Shown piece by piece: positions 29,675 through 44,253 of a DNA stretch of 64,000 nucleotides. The DNA is from Eledone cirrhosa (Eukaryota): contig OZ024741.1 of the NCBI GenBank assembly GCA_964016885.1, positions 214,334,001-214,398,000 of the forward strand, in the 5' to 3' direction. The position numbers and the translations under genes are program-made. How positions within the stretch are numbered: the stretch's first letter is position 1; the number at the start of each line of letters is the position of its first letter. Below the pieces are notes generated by a model. That model was not told the origin of the DNA and searched no databases. It saw nothing but the letters and a program-made list of their open reading frames with translations.

Positions 29675-30225
29675 GGTGGATTTGCAGAATCGGTAGAGCG
29701 TCGGACAAAGTACTTTGCAGTATCTAGTTACGACACTTTAAGTTCTGAGTTCAAATTCCGCCGAGGTTAGAGCTTTGCCTTTCATTCTTACGGGGTCGAT
29801 AAAATAAAGTACCAGTAACACTCTGGGTCTGATTTAATCGACTTTCTCCTCCCTCCAAATTGCTGGCCTTGTGCCTGAATCAGAAACAGTAATTATTATT
29901 ATTGTTATTAATTAGTTATTTGTTTGAATTAGTATCATTATTATCATTTCTGAGTTCAAATCCCGCCGAGGTTAACTTTGCCTTTCATCCTTACGGGGTC
30001 GATAAAAATAAGGTACCAGTAATGTACTGGGTAATTGCTGGCCTTGTGCCAAAAGTAGAAACAATTATTATCATTACTGTTTGAATTAGTATCATTATTA
30101 TCATTACTGTATCATTGAGTTCAAATCCCACCGAGGTTAACTTTGCCTTTCATCCTTACGGGGTCGATAAAAATAAGGTACCAGTAATGTACTGGTGCCA
30201 AAAAGTAGAAACAATTATCATTACT
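29675..30225 (+). mobile_element. Cluster of three main-family SINE copies
   Basis: Three repeats of gagttcaaat...cctttcat...gtcgataaaa. Confidence 0.85.
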
Positions 30226-30693
30226 GTTTTCATATCCGGTATTCTTAATACTATTGTTATTGCTATTCTTGTACTTGGGTTAATTTACCAACTACGATGA
30301 TCCGTTACACACACACACACACACACTTACACACACATACACATAGACGCACACACACACATACACACTTACGTACACATACACACACACATACACATAG
30401 ACGCACACACACACATACACACTTACGTACACATACACACGCACGTACGTAGGTTCGGATTTTCAAATAGTAGGGAAAACTACTCCTCATGCCAAAGCGG
30501 TGAATATATTTTATTACTATATTACATTAAGATTACTCCTTGTAGCTACTCTGAGTATCGTGGTTTCCCCGCTGGTACACACATACACACACACACATAT
30601 ATCTATACATATATACACATAGACACACATATATACTCACACACACACACACATATATCTATACATATATACACATAGACACACATATATACT

Positions 30694-30739
<46 letters not shown>

Positions 30740-30743
<4 letters not shown>

Positions 30744-31048
30744 GAAGGAGTTATCGTAAGGAACCAGATGGACCATAACGCACCAGAGTACTCAATACTT
30801 AGGGTAGTAGAGTGGGTAATAGGAAAATGTTTAACCCCGACAGCAGAGCTCAAGCCGTTACGACGGCTATTTCTGGAAATGTTCAGGACCCCGACGTTTC
30901 GACGGCTATAAATAGCCGTCGAAACGGCTTGAGCTCTGCCGTCGGGGTCCTGAACATTTTCCTATTATCCACTCTACTACCCTAAGTATCGAGTACTCTG
31001 GTGCGTTATGGTCCACCTGGTTCCTTACCACACTTCCTTCGTTATATA
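30740..31048. mobile_element. Family G fold-back element with both arms complete
   Basis: 30740-30870 is inverted relative to 30910-31048. Confidence 0.85.
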
Positions 31049-31741
31049 TAGATAGATAGAATCACACACATATATATATATATATATATACATATACACA
31101 CTCACGCACACACTCACACACACACACACAGAGATACACACATATATGGGCACACACACACACAAAATACATTTGTAAAATATACATAAACACGCTCATA
31201 TATACACTTGCGAAATATACTTATAAAATACACGCTTACATTGATTTGTAAATATATATAGATACACACCGACACATTGTATCCCTATATGTATACCTCC
31301 ACATATATATATATACATTTGTGTATTATATATCTACATTTGTGTATTATATATATATATATATGTGTGTGTATATATATGCATGTACATACATAAAGTG
31401 CGCGTGCATGTGTGTATTTGTTAAAGAAACACATTTATAGACATAACACATACATTTATACACGAGCGCATCTACAGTGTATTTGCACCTTTCAATCTAT
31501 CAGCTATATACGCCTTGCCCCCCCCCCCCCCGGACCCGTATTTGTCGCCATAAAATACCTGTAATTATATGAGGGTATGTGTAGGACACAATCGGGTTTA
31601 TTGAACATACTTCGTAACAGTTTCCTTACACCTTAACAACAACAAATACAACAGCGTACCAAAAATGTGTTTTTAAACCTTGTAGAAAATTTGCTTTTTT
31701 GTTAAAGCATCGATAGAATATGAATACCAGTAAAATACTAG

Positions 31742-32035
31742 GGTCTAAGTCTAAGTCTGCCAGAAGGGCTCGTTAGACCGGTGCTTCTCCCGGTTTCATG
31801 GCGTAAAGCGACTAGGAGTACAAGACCCACCCACCCCACCCCGCTGCCCAGGCTGGACACCTGTCCATCGCAGGGTTAAATATCCAGCTATTACTGGTAC
31901 TCAATGTCAGCTGAGTAAACTGGAGCAACGTGAAATGAAGTGTTTTGTTCAAGAACACAACACACAAGCCAGTCCAGGAATCGAACCCACGACATAATGA
32001 TCGTAAGTCCAACACCCCTTACCACTAGGCCACGT
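31742..32035 (-). mobile_element. tRNA-derived SINE, second family
   Basis: Minus A box gtggcctagtggtaagg and B box ggttcgattcc. Confidence 0.85.
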
Positions 32036-32211
32036 GTCTACACAATACTGGGGTCTATTTGATCTACTCCCTCCTCCCACATCTCTAATGTTACTGGCCT
32101 TGTGTTTAAATTAGAAACTGCTAGATTGGCAGAATCGTTAGAGCATCGGACAAAATGACTTGCCGTAGTTGTTTAGTTTCTTTAAGTTCTCAGTTCAAAC
32201 CCTGCTGAGGT

Positions 32212-32359
32212 CAGTGCTGGATTTACTATCGTGCTTAGGTGTGCTTAAGCACAAGGCCCCGTTGGTCTAGGGGAAGCCCATCTTCCTGCCATGAATTTTT
32301 CAAATATTTGGGGTCTCAGAACTAGCACAGGACCCCATTTGTCCTAAAATCCGGCACTG
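32212..32359. mobile_element. hAT-type MITE inserted into a SINE
   Basis: TIRs cagtgctggattt / aaatccggcactg; 8-bp TSD gctgaggt at 32204-32211 and 32360-32367. Confidence 0.85.
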
Positions 32360-32789
32360 GCTGAGGTCAATATTTATTTTCATTCTTTCGCAGTTCAATA
32401 AAATTATATAATACCAGTAACATGCTAGGGTTGATGTGATTGACGTTCTCCTACCCGTCAATTGTGCTTTTTATGGTCCGAGTTCAAAATCCGCCGAGGT
32501 TCACTTTGCCTTTTATCCTTACGGGGTCGATAAAATAAAGTACCAGTAATGTACTGCGGTAATTGCTGGCCAGAAATAGAAACAATTATTTTAGGGACTG
32601 GGTTTTAATCGGCTTTCCTTCTCCTTTAATTTTTCGTGGTGGTGGTGGTGGTGGTGGGGGGGGGGGGGATCTATGGAATATGGCTTCCGGTCATGTTTAA
32701 TAAACGGATTCCCCACCATCACCACCACCGTCATTTTGATCAACCCCCTACCCTCACACACACACAACGTCCCCAAATTTGTTAAGATA

Positions 32790-33835
32790 AATATCATCAC
32801 TATCACCATCATCATTATATCGCCATCACTAGCACCATTATCATCCCCACCAGCATCAGCATCACCATCACAGTCATCATGACTACTATCACCACCGTCG
32901 TAACCATCACCGCCATCACCATCACCACCACCCTCATCATCACCACACTCACCCCCGCCCTCACCGTTATCACCATCATCATCGTTATCATGACCGCTAT
33001 AACCACCACGACCACCATAACCACACACTACCACCATGAACACCATCATCACCACCACCATTATCATCGCCTGATCCTGATCACTATCACCACCACCACC
33101 ACCACCACTATCATCATCACACTGACCACCACCATCATCACCACCACCACCACCACCACCATCACCACTATCATCATCACACTGACCACCACCATCATCA
33201 CCACCACCACCACCACCACCACCACCACTATCATCATCACACTGACCACCACCATCATCACCACCACCACCACCACCACCACCACCACTATCATCATCAC
33301 ACTGACCACCACCATCATCACCACCACCACCACCACCACCACCATCACCACTATCATCATCACACTGACCACCACCATCATCACCACCACCATCACCACC
33401 ACCACCACCATCACCACTATCATCATCACACTGACCACCACCATCATCACCACCACCATCACCACCACCACCACCATCACCACTATCATCATCACACTGA
33501 CCACCACCATCATCACCACCACCACCACCACCACCACCACCACCACCATCACCACTATCATCATCACACTGACCACCACCATCATCACCACCACCACCAC
33601 CACCACCACCACCATCACCACTATCATCATCGCACTCACCACCACCATCATCACCACCACCATCACCACCACCACCACCATCACCACTATCATCATCACA
33701 CTCACCACCACCATCACCACCACCACCACCACCACCATCACCACTATCATCATCACACACATCACCACCATCACACTCACCATCACCACTATCATCATCA
33801 CACACACCACCACCACCACCACCATCACCAACATC
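32790..33835. repeat. (CAC/CAT)n cryptic repeat with a ~60-bp higher-order unit
   Basis: Recurring actgaccaccaccatcatcacc...actatcatcatcac. Confidence 0.95.
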
Positions 33836-34143
33836 ATTAATACTAACAAACAAGGATAATGGATTGCTTGAAACACAAGGAATATGTCCGCGATAGACAC
33901 GTGTACCTTGCGGTGTTTGTTTCAGGTATTTATTACACAGTTGTGAATTCAACTCCCACAGATACAGTTGGAAGGAAGGAAGGGTGGGTCAGTACTCCTA
34001 CGAACACCACCCCATGACCCATTACAAGCTGAGCAGGGGGGGGGGACTAAGCGAGAGCGCGTAAAATTATAGTAAAGTACCGGTGATTCAAATACTGAGG
34101 ACGATTTAACCGACTAGCTACCTATATATATATATATATATAT

Positions 34144-34323
34144 ATAACGAAGGAAATGTAGTAAGGAACCAGGTGGACCATAACGCACCAAAGTACTCAA
34201 TACTTAGCGTAGTAGAGTGGGTAATAGAAACGAGTAGGACCCCGACGGCTGAGCTCAAGCCGTTTCGACGGCTAGTTCTGGAGTCGAAACGGCTTGAACT
34301 CAGCCGTCGGGGTCCTACTCGTT

Positions 34324-34327
<4 letters not shown>
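34144..34327. mobile_element. Family G fold-back element
   Basis: Same sequence family as 26257 and 30740. Confidence 0.8.
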
Positions 34328-34415
<88 letters not shown>

Positions 34416-34743
34416 ACATATCTCTGTACACATATCTCTCCACCAAACAAAATTCTATTTGTTTTTCCTATATAAACAATTGTTTAACTATTTTATTTGT
34501 TCGTCTTTCGGTTAAAATCTCCGCTGATTCGGTCGCCCCCACCTCCCCCACCACCTCATTCATTTACCCTCGTGTGGAGGTGCGGTGGGTTAGTAATATA
34601 TGTTAATCATTGATTATGTACTACTGTTCAGGTGATAGTGTGTGGCCTCGTGGTAAGGATGCTGGGATTTACCATCGTAATGTAGTCGTCGGTTCGATTC
34701 TTTGATCGGGTTGTTCCCGTCAATCCAGCTAAAAAAAATGAGT

Positions 34744-35960
34744 ACCACCAACACCCCCACCTTCAACACCACCATAACTATAACCCACACCACCACAACT
34801 ATAACCAACACCACCACAACTATAACCAACACCACCATAACTACAACCAACACCACCACAACTATAACCAACACCACCACAACTATAACCAACACCACCA
34901 CAACTACAACCAACACCACCTCAACTATAACCAGCATCAACACCACCACAACTATAACCAGCACCACCACAACTACAACCAACACCACCACAACTATAAC
35001 CAACACCACCACAACTATAACCAACACCACCACAACTATAACCAACACCACCACAACTATAACCAACACCACCACAACTACAACCAACACCACCACAACT
35101 ACAACCAACACCACCACAACTATAACCAACACCACCACAACTATAACCAACACCACCACAACTATAACCAACACCACCACAACTATAACCAACACCACCA
35201 CAACTACAACCAACACCACCACAACTACAGCCAACACCACCACAACTACAACCAACACCACCACAACTATAACCAACACCACCACAACTGTAACCAGCAC
35301 TACCACAACTATAACCAGCACCACCACAACTACAACCAACACCACCACAACTGTAACCAGCACTACCACAACTATAACCAGCACTACCACAACTATAACC
35401 AGCACCACCACCACCACCACCACAACCACCACCACCACCACCACCACAGCTATAACGTACATCATGACCACCAACACCACCACAACTACAACCAACACCA
35501 CCGCAACTACAACCAACACCACCAGCACACTCACCAACACCCCCACTCACCAACACCACCGCAACTACAACCACCGCAACTACAACCAACACCACCGCAA
35601 CTACAACGAACACCACCACAACTACAACCAACACCACCAGCACACTCACCAACACCCCCACCACCAACACCACCGCAACTACAACCAACACCACCGCAAC
35701 TACAACGAACACCACCACAACTACAACCAACACCACCAGCACACTCACCAACACCCCCACCACCAACACCACCGCAACTACAACCAACACCACCGCAACT
35801 ACAACGAACACCACCACAACTACAACCAACACCACCAGCACACTCACCAACACCCCCACCACCAACCACCAGCACAACTACAACCGGCACCACCACAACT
35901 ACAACCAACACCACCACCACGATCACAATCACCTACACCTGATCAACCACAATCACCACA
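34744..35960. repeat. 21-bp minisatellite (accaacaccaccacaactaYa)n and derivatives
   Basis: Directly visible. Confidence 0.95.
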
Positions 35961-36199
35961 ACTAGTAGTATTAATAGCAGCAGCAACTGGGGCTGGGGGC
36001 TAACCCCTGATGGACTAGCGTCCTGTCCAGGCCAGGAGCGGGGATGTTGTGTACTTACAGCCACTAAATATAAACGGAACGGGGTGGGGTGGGGCTCTGG
36101 CCTGTTTAACTCCAGGTGTTGAGATTTTTATCGATCTTTTCCTGACCAACCACCCCTCTCTTCTCCACCTACATTTTATGACCTGACAATTATAGGAAG

Positions 36200-36816
36200 T
36201 TGGGTGAATCGTTAAAGAGTCGGACAAAATGCTTTCTCGTGTTTAGCTACGACCTCTTAAGTCCTGAGTTCAAACCCTGCATTGGTCATTCACACCTTAA
36301 TGTTTTCGGGTTACGGTTCTTTATGTTCTCTGTTCACATCACGCCATGGTCATTCACGCTTTGCGACTTTCAGTTATAACCCTTTACGGTCTGAGTTCAA
36401 ATCCCACCTTGTGGTTTGGGGATTACTGCTCATCCCGTTCTGAGATCAAATTCCACCTTGATTAAATCCCACCATTTACACCTTTAAGGTTTTTAGTTAC
36501 ACCTCCTTACGTTCTGAGTTCAAATCATGTCGTGGTCATCCACTCCTTGCGGTTTTTAATTATGACCCGTTACGTTCTGAGTTCGAACTACGCCGTCGTC
36601 ATTAACACTTTGTAATTTATAGTCACAGTAGGCTACGTCTGAGTTCAAATCCCGCTGTGGTCAGGCTGGGCGGTTTGTCCTTTTTTTTTTCATTTTTAGT
36701 AACTCTTTATTTTTTTAACATTTTGAGTTCAAATCTCGTCGTGGTTATTTAAAGCTTGCGGTGTTTAGGTTACGGCTCTTGGCGTTGTGAGTTCAAATCC
36801 TGCCGATCTCAACTCT
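36200..36816 (+). repeat. Diverged tandem array of ~9 SINE-head units (~60 bp), each with a B-box-like GAGTTCAAATC
   Basis: Motif at ~36266, 36332, 36393, 36442, 36516, 36579, 36641, 36725, 36789. Confidence 0.75.
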
Positions 36817-37084
36817 ATCTCTCATCAAACGACCCTAATGTGTTGCTGGTATATTATATAAACCTATCCATCACAAACGTTAACGTCTTTCAATAACAAT
36901 GGTAGGATCCTCTAGAAGGCGTGTCAGCGGACTTTGCCCCTACGATCCCCGCAGGTATAAGTGGGCAAAGAAGAAGAGTAACAACGATTTCTTTCATGGG
37001 TACAAAGCTACACACCCGGGGTGGCATTGGGGTGGGGAGTTATTTGAATTAAATCGACACCAATTACTTATTAAATATTATTAT

Positions 37085-38230
37085 GTTTTATCAAATCCCG
37101 CCAGTTAACTTTGCCTTTCATCCTTACGGGGTCGATAAAATAAAGTACCAGTAATGCACTGGGTAATTGCTAGCCTTGTGCCAAAAGTAGAAACAATTAT
37201 GTTTTATCAAATCCCACCGACATCAAATATACTTCCTATCCTTCTGTGTGGTCGATAATATGAAGTACCAGTAATGTACTGGATCAATTCAATAAACTAT
37301 TCCACTACCCCCTCACCTCAAATCTGTGGCCTTGTAGTTTATGTAATTATTATTACTATTATTTTAAGGGATTTATTTAGTAAATCGTTAAAACAGTGGG
37401 CCAGTAATATATTAGAGTCGTTTAAATCGATTATATATATATATATATATATATCACCTACTAGTTCAAAACGAAAGCAAATAAAAAAACGTTAGTTCAA
37501 ATTTTCTCGAGACTGACGGACTTTGTCTTTTATACTGCCAGTAATCACTAAATAAATACCAGAAATACCAGTTAAATACTGGAACCCATCTAACCATTAT
37601 ACCGTCTCTCCCTTATAAAATGTGACCTTTTACTTAAGTTAGAAAGTAAGCGGTCGATAAAGTATGGTAATAGTCAAGTACTGGATATGGTAACAATTTA
37701 TACTTCCCTTTTAAATTGTGGGCTTTGTTTCTAAACGAGAAATAACTCTTAACGTTCGCAGTTCAAATCATGCTTTCCATCCGTCCAGGGCCGATAAAAT
37801 AAAGTACCAGTCAAATACTGGGGTAATAATAATTGACTTCTCCTTCCTACAGATTTAGGCATTGTGTCCAGATTATGAAGAGTCAATATTATAACTTTTA
37901 ACTGTCTGAAATCAAATCATGTCGCAGTTATCTTTGCCTTCCATCCTTCCTAGGTCGATACAATAAAGTACCAGTCAAATACTGTGTTGATGTAATAAAC
38001 ATCCTCCACCTCACCGGTTACAAAGATATTGTGTCTATTATAAGAACGTTGGACGTGATTTTGTTCGGCTCTTATTGTTTTGAGTTCGAATCATGCTGCG
38101 GCTAACTTTGCTTTTCATCCTTTCGGGTTCGATAAATAAAAACCCAGTGAAATGCTGAAGTATTCAATCAACTGTTTGCTCTGTCCCCACAAAGTTTTTG
38201 TTCTTGTGTCTACGTGAGAAAAAATTATTG
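37085..38230 (+). mobile_element. Cluster of diverged main-family SINE copies
   Basis: Repeated ...catcc...gtcgataaaataaagtaccagt. Confidence 0.75.
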
Positions 38231-38517
38231 CGTGATTAGTATTGTGAGTTCTGTTGGTCTCGCTTGGGGATCCAACCGGACTAATTGGTGACGGTTGCTT
38301 ATGATACGACCCTCTGGACAGCGTGCCTGAGGAGGACTCTGCATCCATGCTCCCCCATTTCGACCCGAATGCCGTGTCTCAGGACTCTGAACACATGATC
38401 TCTCAGCAATTATGACTGTTTATATTCTGAGTTCAAATCATTGCTCAGATGGATTTCTGGTGTTGATAAAAAAACAACGTACCAATCAAGTACTGGAGGA
38501 TATTAAATCGGTTTAAT

Positions 38518-38750
38518 GTGGCTAAAATGACTCTTCCATGATGTACTTTAGTTTCAACACAGTCTCAGATGAAGTCACATGCTAGATATGTACAACTGTG
38601 GCTAAAATGACACAACCAAGATGTAATAGTTTTAAGTTCAACACATTCTCAGAGCAAGTCTTTTACCAGACATATACAACTGTGGTTAAAATGACTCTTT
38701 CATGATGTAATTATCCTAGTTTCAACACAGTCTCAGATTAAGTCAACTGT
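38518..38750. repeat. ~85-bp tandem repeat x~3
   Basis: Recurring gtggYtaaaatgac...ttcaacaca.tctcaga. Confidence 0.8.
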
Positions 38751-39497
38751 TATATTTTAATTTGAAAAGTGTAGGGTTATATGTAATTTGGTTTAAATTT
38801 GGTATAAGGACAACAGCATAAATCCGACAGATATTTTAAAAAAATATCGCCTGGTTTTCGGAATTACCTGCCTGTCTATCTATCTACTTACCTATCTATA
38901 TAGCTATCTATCTATCATTTTATCTTGTACTTGTCCCACTTTTGATGCCCTAGTGGCAAATAAAAGAAACTTATCTATCTATCATTTTATCTAACTCTTA
39001 CTGGTTTCAGTCATTAACACACGGCCATACTAGAGCATCACCTATCTATCTATATCTCTTTATTTAAATATTCTTTATCTATCTCTGTGTCTCTGTCACT
39101 GTGTATGTATGTATGTGTGTGTGTCTCTGTCACTGTGTATGTGTGTGTATGTACGTGTTTGTGTATGTACGTGTGTGTGTATGTATATATGTATGTACGT
39201 GTGTGTGTGTATGTATGTATGTGTATGAATGTGTGTGTGTGTGTATGTGTATGAATGTGTGTGTGTGTGTATGATGTGTGTATGTATATATGTATGTACG
39301 TATGTATGTATGTATATGTGTATGAATGTGTGTGTGTGTGTATGATGTATGTATGTGTGTATGTATATATGTATGTACGTGTGTGTGTGTTGAACAGCTA
39401 CAGCTGTAACATGCGATTTTGATATCGACAATCTCGTCATTCGATAGATAAATAGACAGGTAGGTAGAGAGATGGGGAATAGATCGATAGAGGGAGG

Positions 39498-39530
<33 letters not shown>

Positions 39531-39990
39531 GGAGAGAGGGATAGATAGATAGAAAGGGAGAGAGGGATAGATAGATAGAGAGGGAGAGGGGGATAGGTAG
39601 AGAGAGTGAGGGGTAGATAGAAAGAGAGAGAGGGATATATCGATAGAGAGAGGGAGAGAGGGATAGATAGAGAGAGAGAGGGATAGATAGAGAGGGAGAG
39701 ATAGAGAGAGAAGGATAGATAGAGAACAATTGGTAGAATACATAAATTCATTAGGAAAAGAAAATAAGTAGTGTTTATACCGTAATTAGATGTGTGGTTC
39801 GATTCTTATCTGTCTCTCTCTCTTTCTCTTTTTCTCTTTCTTTTTCACTCTTTCTCTCACTTTCTCTTTTTCTCCCTTTCTTTCTTTTTTACTTCCTCTC
39901 TCTTTCTCCCTCTTCTCTCTCTTTCTCTCTCCACCCTAAATAAATCGTTTCAAAAACGAAAAGAATAAAACAAAGAGAATTTTTATTTAT

Positions 39991-40038
<48 letters not shown>

Positions 40039-40097
40039 TAAAAGTATATGTATATATATTATTAGCTAGGCACCAATTGATGTGTGTGTGTATGTAA

Positions 40098-40128
<31 letters not shown>

Positions 40129-40170
40129 CAATATATTAATAAATGGAAACTATATATATAAAACCATAAT

Positions 40171-40236
40171 TATTTTATTATACATATTTCAAGTGTAACC
40201 AAGGCAAATTATAGTGCGCTTTCATCAGATAAAATA
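40171..40236 (-). ncRNA. Hammerhead ribozyme, family A (element 40128-40403)
   Basis: Minus: tattttat-CTGATGA-aagcgcac...acactt-GAAA-tatgtata-ataaaata. Confidence 0.8.
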
Positions 40237-40460
40237 CAGATTTGTTTTATAAATAAATATTGACATACCCGGAAAAAAAGACAACCTTACCGGTTGGAGC
40301 TTCCTGGATAGTGGAGATAGTGAGTAACTGTTGAGTGCTTTATATCAGTTATAAAAATGTTTAGGCTTGTTGAATCCCAACAAAATAAATATAACCTCTG
40401 CATATATATATATATATATATTATTAGCTAGGCACCAATTGATGTGTCTGTATGTAACAG

Positions 40461-40513
<53 letters not shown>

Positions 40514-40722
40514 TTTTAGCTGGGCACCATGCTATGTGTGTGTGTATGTAACAGTTTTATATATATATATATATATTATTAGCTGGGCACCAATCGATGT
40601 GTGTGTATGTGTATGTAACAGTTTATATATATATATATATATTATTAGCTGGGCACCAATCGATGTGTGTGTGTAACAGTTTATATATATATATATATAT
40701 ATATTATTAGTTAGGCACCAAT

Positions 40723-40785
<63 letters not shown>

Positions 40786-40936
40786 GTCATTACATACCAA
40801 ACTAGGTTAATGTAACTGCTTAATAAACAAACCATTATTTAACAGAAGAAACAACGAATACCTCACTGTTATCGACATTAGGTCTCGAATGAAGGAGACG
40901 AAAATGTTTCAGCGGATTTATTACATACACGCGCAT

Positions 40937-41006
<70 letters not shown>

Positions 41007-41015
41007 TTATATTTA

Positions 41016-41208
41016 TCCCGAGTTCAATCGAGGGTAACCACAGTAAGTAGGGTACTCAATACATAGCAGAGTATAAATATTTAATATAGAAATGGCTTCT
41101 ACAGGACTAGAACTGTTTCATTTGGAGGAAATCATAAGGGCTTTCCTTACGATTTCCTCCGAATGAAACAGTTCTAGTCCTGTTGAAGCCATATCTATAT
41201 TAGATGTA
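41016..41208. mobile_element. Family B fold-back element with degenerate cores
   Basis: Cores read CTTATGA and CTTACGA; arms centred on ~41141. Confidence 0.75.
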
Positions 41209-41709
41209 TATATACATGAGAGAGAGAGATATGTACGTACAATCTCAAGCGGTTTCGTTGTTGCGGTTGGAATTTTACATATTTCTATACCCACTCTGCA
41301 TCTCTCCCTGTATCGAGTACCCCCTCTGTGTATATATATGTATCCCCTTTTTAATATCTTTCCACCACTCCCCCTCACACTCTCGGAACTCTCTTTCTTC
41401 CCACTGCCCTCCCAATGAAGGGCTTATGCCCGAAACGTCCCCCCCCGCCACTCTCAAGCGTGAACCTAATACTAACACTTTGTACTGCACTCTGGAGATG
41501 CTATAAAATGTTTTATAAAATAAGGTGAACATCCTTAGAGACGGAAAAAGAAGTTGTCATCAGCGGCTACGAGGAACTGAACCTCATATCTCCTAGAACA
41601 CCCCACTCTTAATTATTTCATTAACTTTGTCCCCTCAGCGCTTCGTAAAAGTCCGAGAGATCGCCTAGTATACGTATAATAAACACACACAGATATATAT
41701 ATATATATA

Positions 41710-41904
41710 TAGGAAAAGGTTCAGGACTCCGACCGCAGAGCTCAAGCCGTTTCGACGGCTATTTCTGGACTCCAGATATAGCCGCCGAAGCGGCTTGAGC
41801 TCTGCTGTCGGGGATTGAACCTTTTCCTATTACCCACTCTACTACCCAAAGTATCGAGTACTCTGGTGCGTTATGGTCCACCTGGTTCCTTACCACACTT
41901 CCTT

Positions 41905-41912
<8 letters not shown>
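41710..41912. mobile_element. Family G fold-back element
   Basis: Arms centred on ~41770; (TA)n flanks; further single arms at 44037-44190 and 47064-47155. Confidence 0.8.
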
Positions 41913-41956
<44 letters not shown>

Positions 41957-42134
41957 ATTAGACTTCTTAAGGGGTTCCCCTGCCGCTTTTCTATTTACAA
42001 AATATATATTTATATTCTATACACCTGGAATGAGAGCTCATACCGTTAATGGTTGAATGTTTCATATACTACCTTGTTTTTAAACAGATTGTAATACACT
42101 CACACACGCACTCACACGCACATACCCATATACA

Positions 42135-42423
42135 CAGTGTACCCCGGCATTCGCGGAATTTTCCATAGAACCTAACTAATAATTGTTCGTGGAAACTAGC
42201 ATATATTCACGGGATCGTAAATATCCTCCGCGATTTTCAATGTTTTTTTTTCTTGGCAATATATATTTTTTCACGCTTTTTTAAATTATTATTAACAATA
42301 TACTGTATTTGCCGGGCTATATCTTACGTTATGTTTTGACGTTTATAGGTATTTTTATGGACCACGTCCAATATTCGCGGGTGCTCTAGGAACGTAAAAC
42401 CCGCAAATACCAGGGGAAAACTA
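42135..42423. mobile_element. Old Tc1/mariner-like MITE
   Basis: Imperfect TIRs cagtgtaccccggcattcgcgg / ccgcaaataccaggggaaaacta. Confidence 0.5.
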
Positions 42424-42524
42424 TATATATATTTATCTATTAAAATAACAGATTAAAGTTTAAGCAAAGAATAGCTGCTTTCACCCTTAAGGGGATCTTC
42501 TGAAATTATTATTATTGTTATTAT

Positions 42525-42569
<45 letters not shown>

Positions 42570-42833
42570 TACACACACTTTTAGATATTCTTATGCGTAT
42601 CACTAATGTCATGTAAATATAGGTATACCATTTATCTAGAAGAGAATGCGAATACCTGTGTCTGTAGACACGAGTGTACACCTGTATATTTTACTACTAT
42701 GTACAACATAGCGCGTGCATTGATGTGCGTATGCTCTAGTCCTGCAGAACCCATATATATATATATATATATATATTTCTACCATGTACTGTGCCGTTAG
42801 TTTTGTGAATATTTGTTATTTCTGTTTACCTTT

Positions 42834-42870
<37 letters not shown>

Positions 42871-43115
42871 ACACACACAAATTAAGACTTTTTAACATCG
42901 TTTGTTTTTAAACGGTAACATACAGAAATCACACAAACACACATACACACAGGTGCAATCGATATTATATATACAGCTATAACTAATCTAACACACACGC
43001 ATACATAGTTCTTGATAAAAACGTACATACATACATACATAGGCCTTACATTTCTGCTCTTGTAAACATATATCTACACTATCCACTGCTAAAACATGAC
43101 TATATATATAATATA

Positions 43116-43302
43116 TAATTGCTTCTACTTTTTGGCACAAGGTCAGCAATTATCCCAGTGTATTACTGGTACTTTATTTTATCGACCCCGTAAGGATGAA
43201 AGGCAAAGTTAACCTCGGCGGGATTTGAACTCGGTCCGTAAAGGGACGTAACTGTGCTGCAAAGCATGGCGTCCGACCCTCTACCGATACTGCCAATCCA
43301 TC
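43116..43302 (-). mobile_element. Main-family SINE
   Basis: Full reverse-complement copy. Confidence 0.9.
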
Positions 43303-43516
43303 AGGTTAGTTAGTACTCTATGCATGACAAGATGCAGTGTGGGTATATTTAAGAAGTAGAATCTGAAGGGTGGGCACTGCGGTTTCAGTTTGTTTTCACA
43401 TGCTTTCTCTTGAGACCCTTGAGAAAGTTTGAGAAAACAAACAGAAACGTAGGGCTCACAACCGGGATTTTACCCATCTCTCTCTCTCACTCTCTCTCTC
43501 TCTCGCTATATGCATA

Positions 43517-43618
43517 CAGGGTGTCCCCCAAAATATGTATACGTACTTTGATTACCTGTACAGGCAATGTTTATTAGAATGCTGTTGAAGTGTGTATACA
43601 TTTTTTGGGGACACCCTG
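43517..43618. mobile_element. Tc1/mariner MITE (102 bp)
   Basis: TIRs cagggtgtcccc / ggggacaccctg; TA on both sides. Confidence 0.85.
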
Positions 43619-44187
43619 TATATATACAAAGAGCTTCCGTTACAGTTTTGAGATTGGAGGAGGGGCTTAAGTATGTATATATATATATATATATACACAA
43701 TATATATATATATATATATACACTGTACATGTGTATTATTATTATTAGAGTTCAACCCGCAGAGGTTTATTTTGCCTTTCATCCTTACGGGGTCGATAAA
43801 ATAAAGTACCAGTAATGCACTGGGTAATACTTGGCCTTGTGCCAAAACTAGAAACAATTATTATTATTATTATTATTTTCCGCTTTGTTATCACCAATAA
43901 AAGACTAAGAAAGACATTAAAAACATGATCACACTAATCAGTGTAGTAAAAACTAAGTCATAAATATATTGAAACAATATTGGAGGGGCTTAAGTCCCCA
44001 AAGACCCTTAGCAGCGGAAGGGTTGATATATATATATAACAAAGAGGGTGTGGTAAGATACCAGGTGGACCATACGGCACCAGAGTACTCAATACTTAGG
44101 GTAGTAGAGTGGGTAATATTAAAAAAGTCAGGACCGCGACGACTGAGATCCGGCCGTTTCTACAGCTAGATCTGAACTAAGCCACCA

Positions 44188-44253
<66 letters not shown>

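Noticed and set aside
38250-38410. Possible exon (YDPLDSVPEEDSASMLPHF...)
   Set aside because: In-frame stop, embedded among SINE remnants, no clear splice sites
41408-41440. Penelope-like aatgaagggcttatgcccGAAACGTC
   Set aside because: Core reads CCAATGA and stem I is lost; not called as a functional ribozyme
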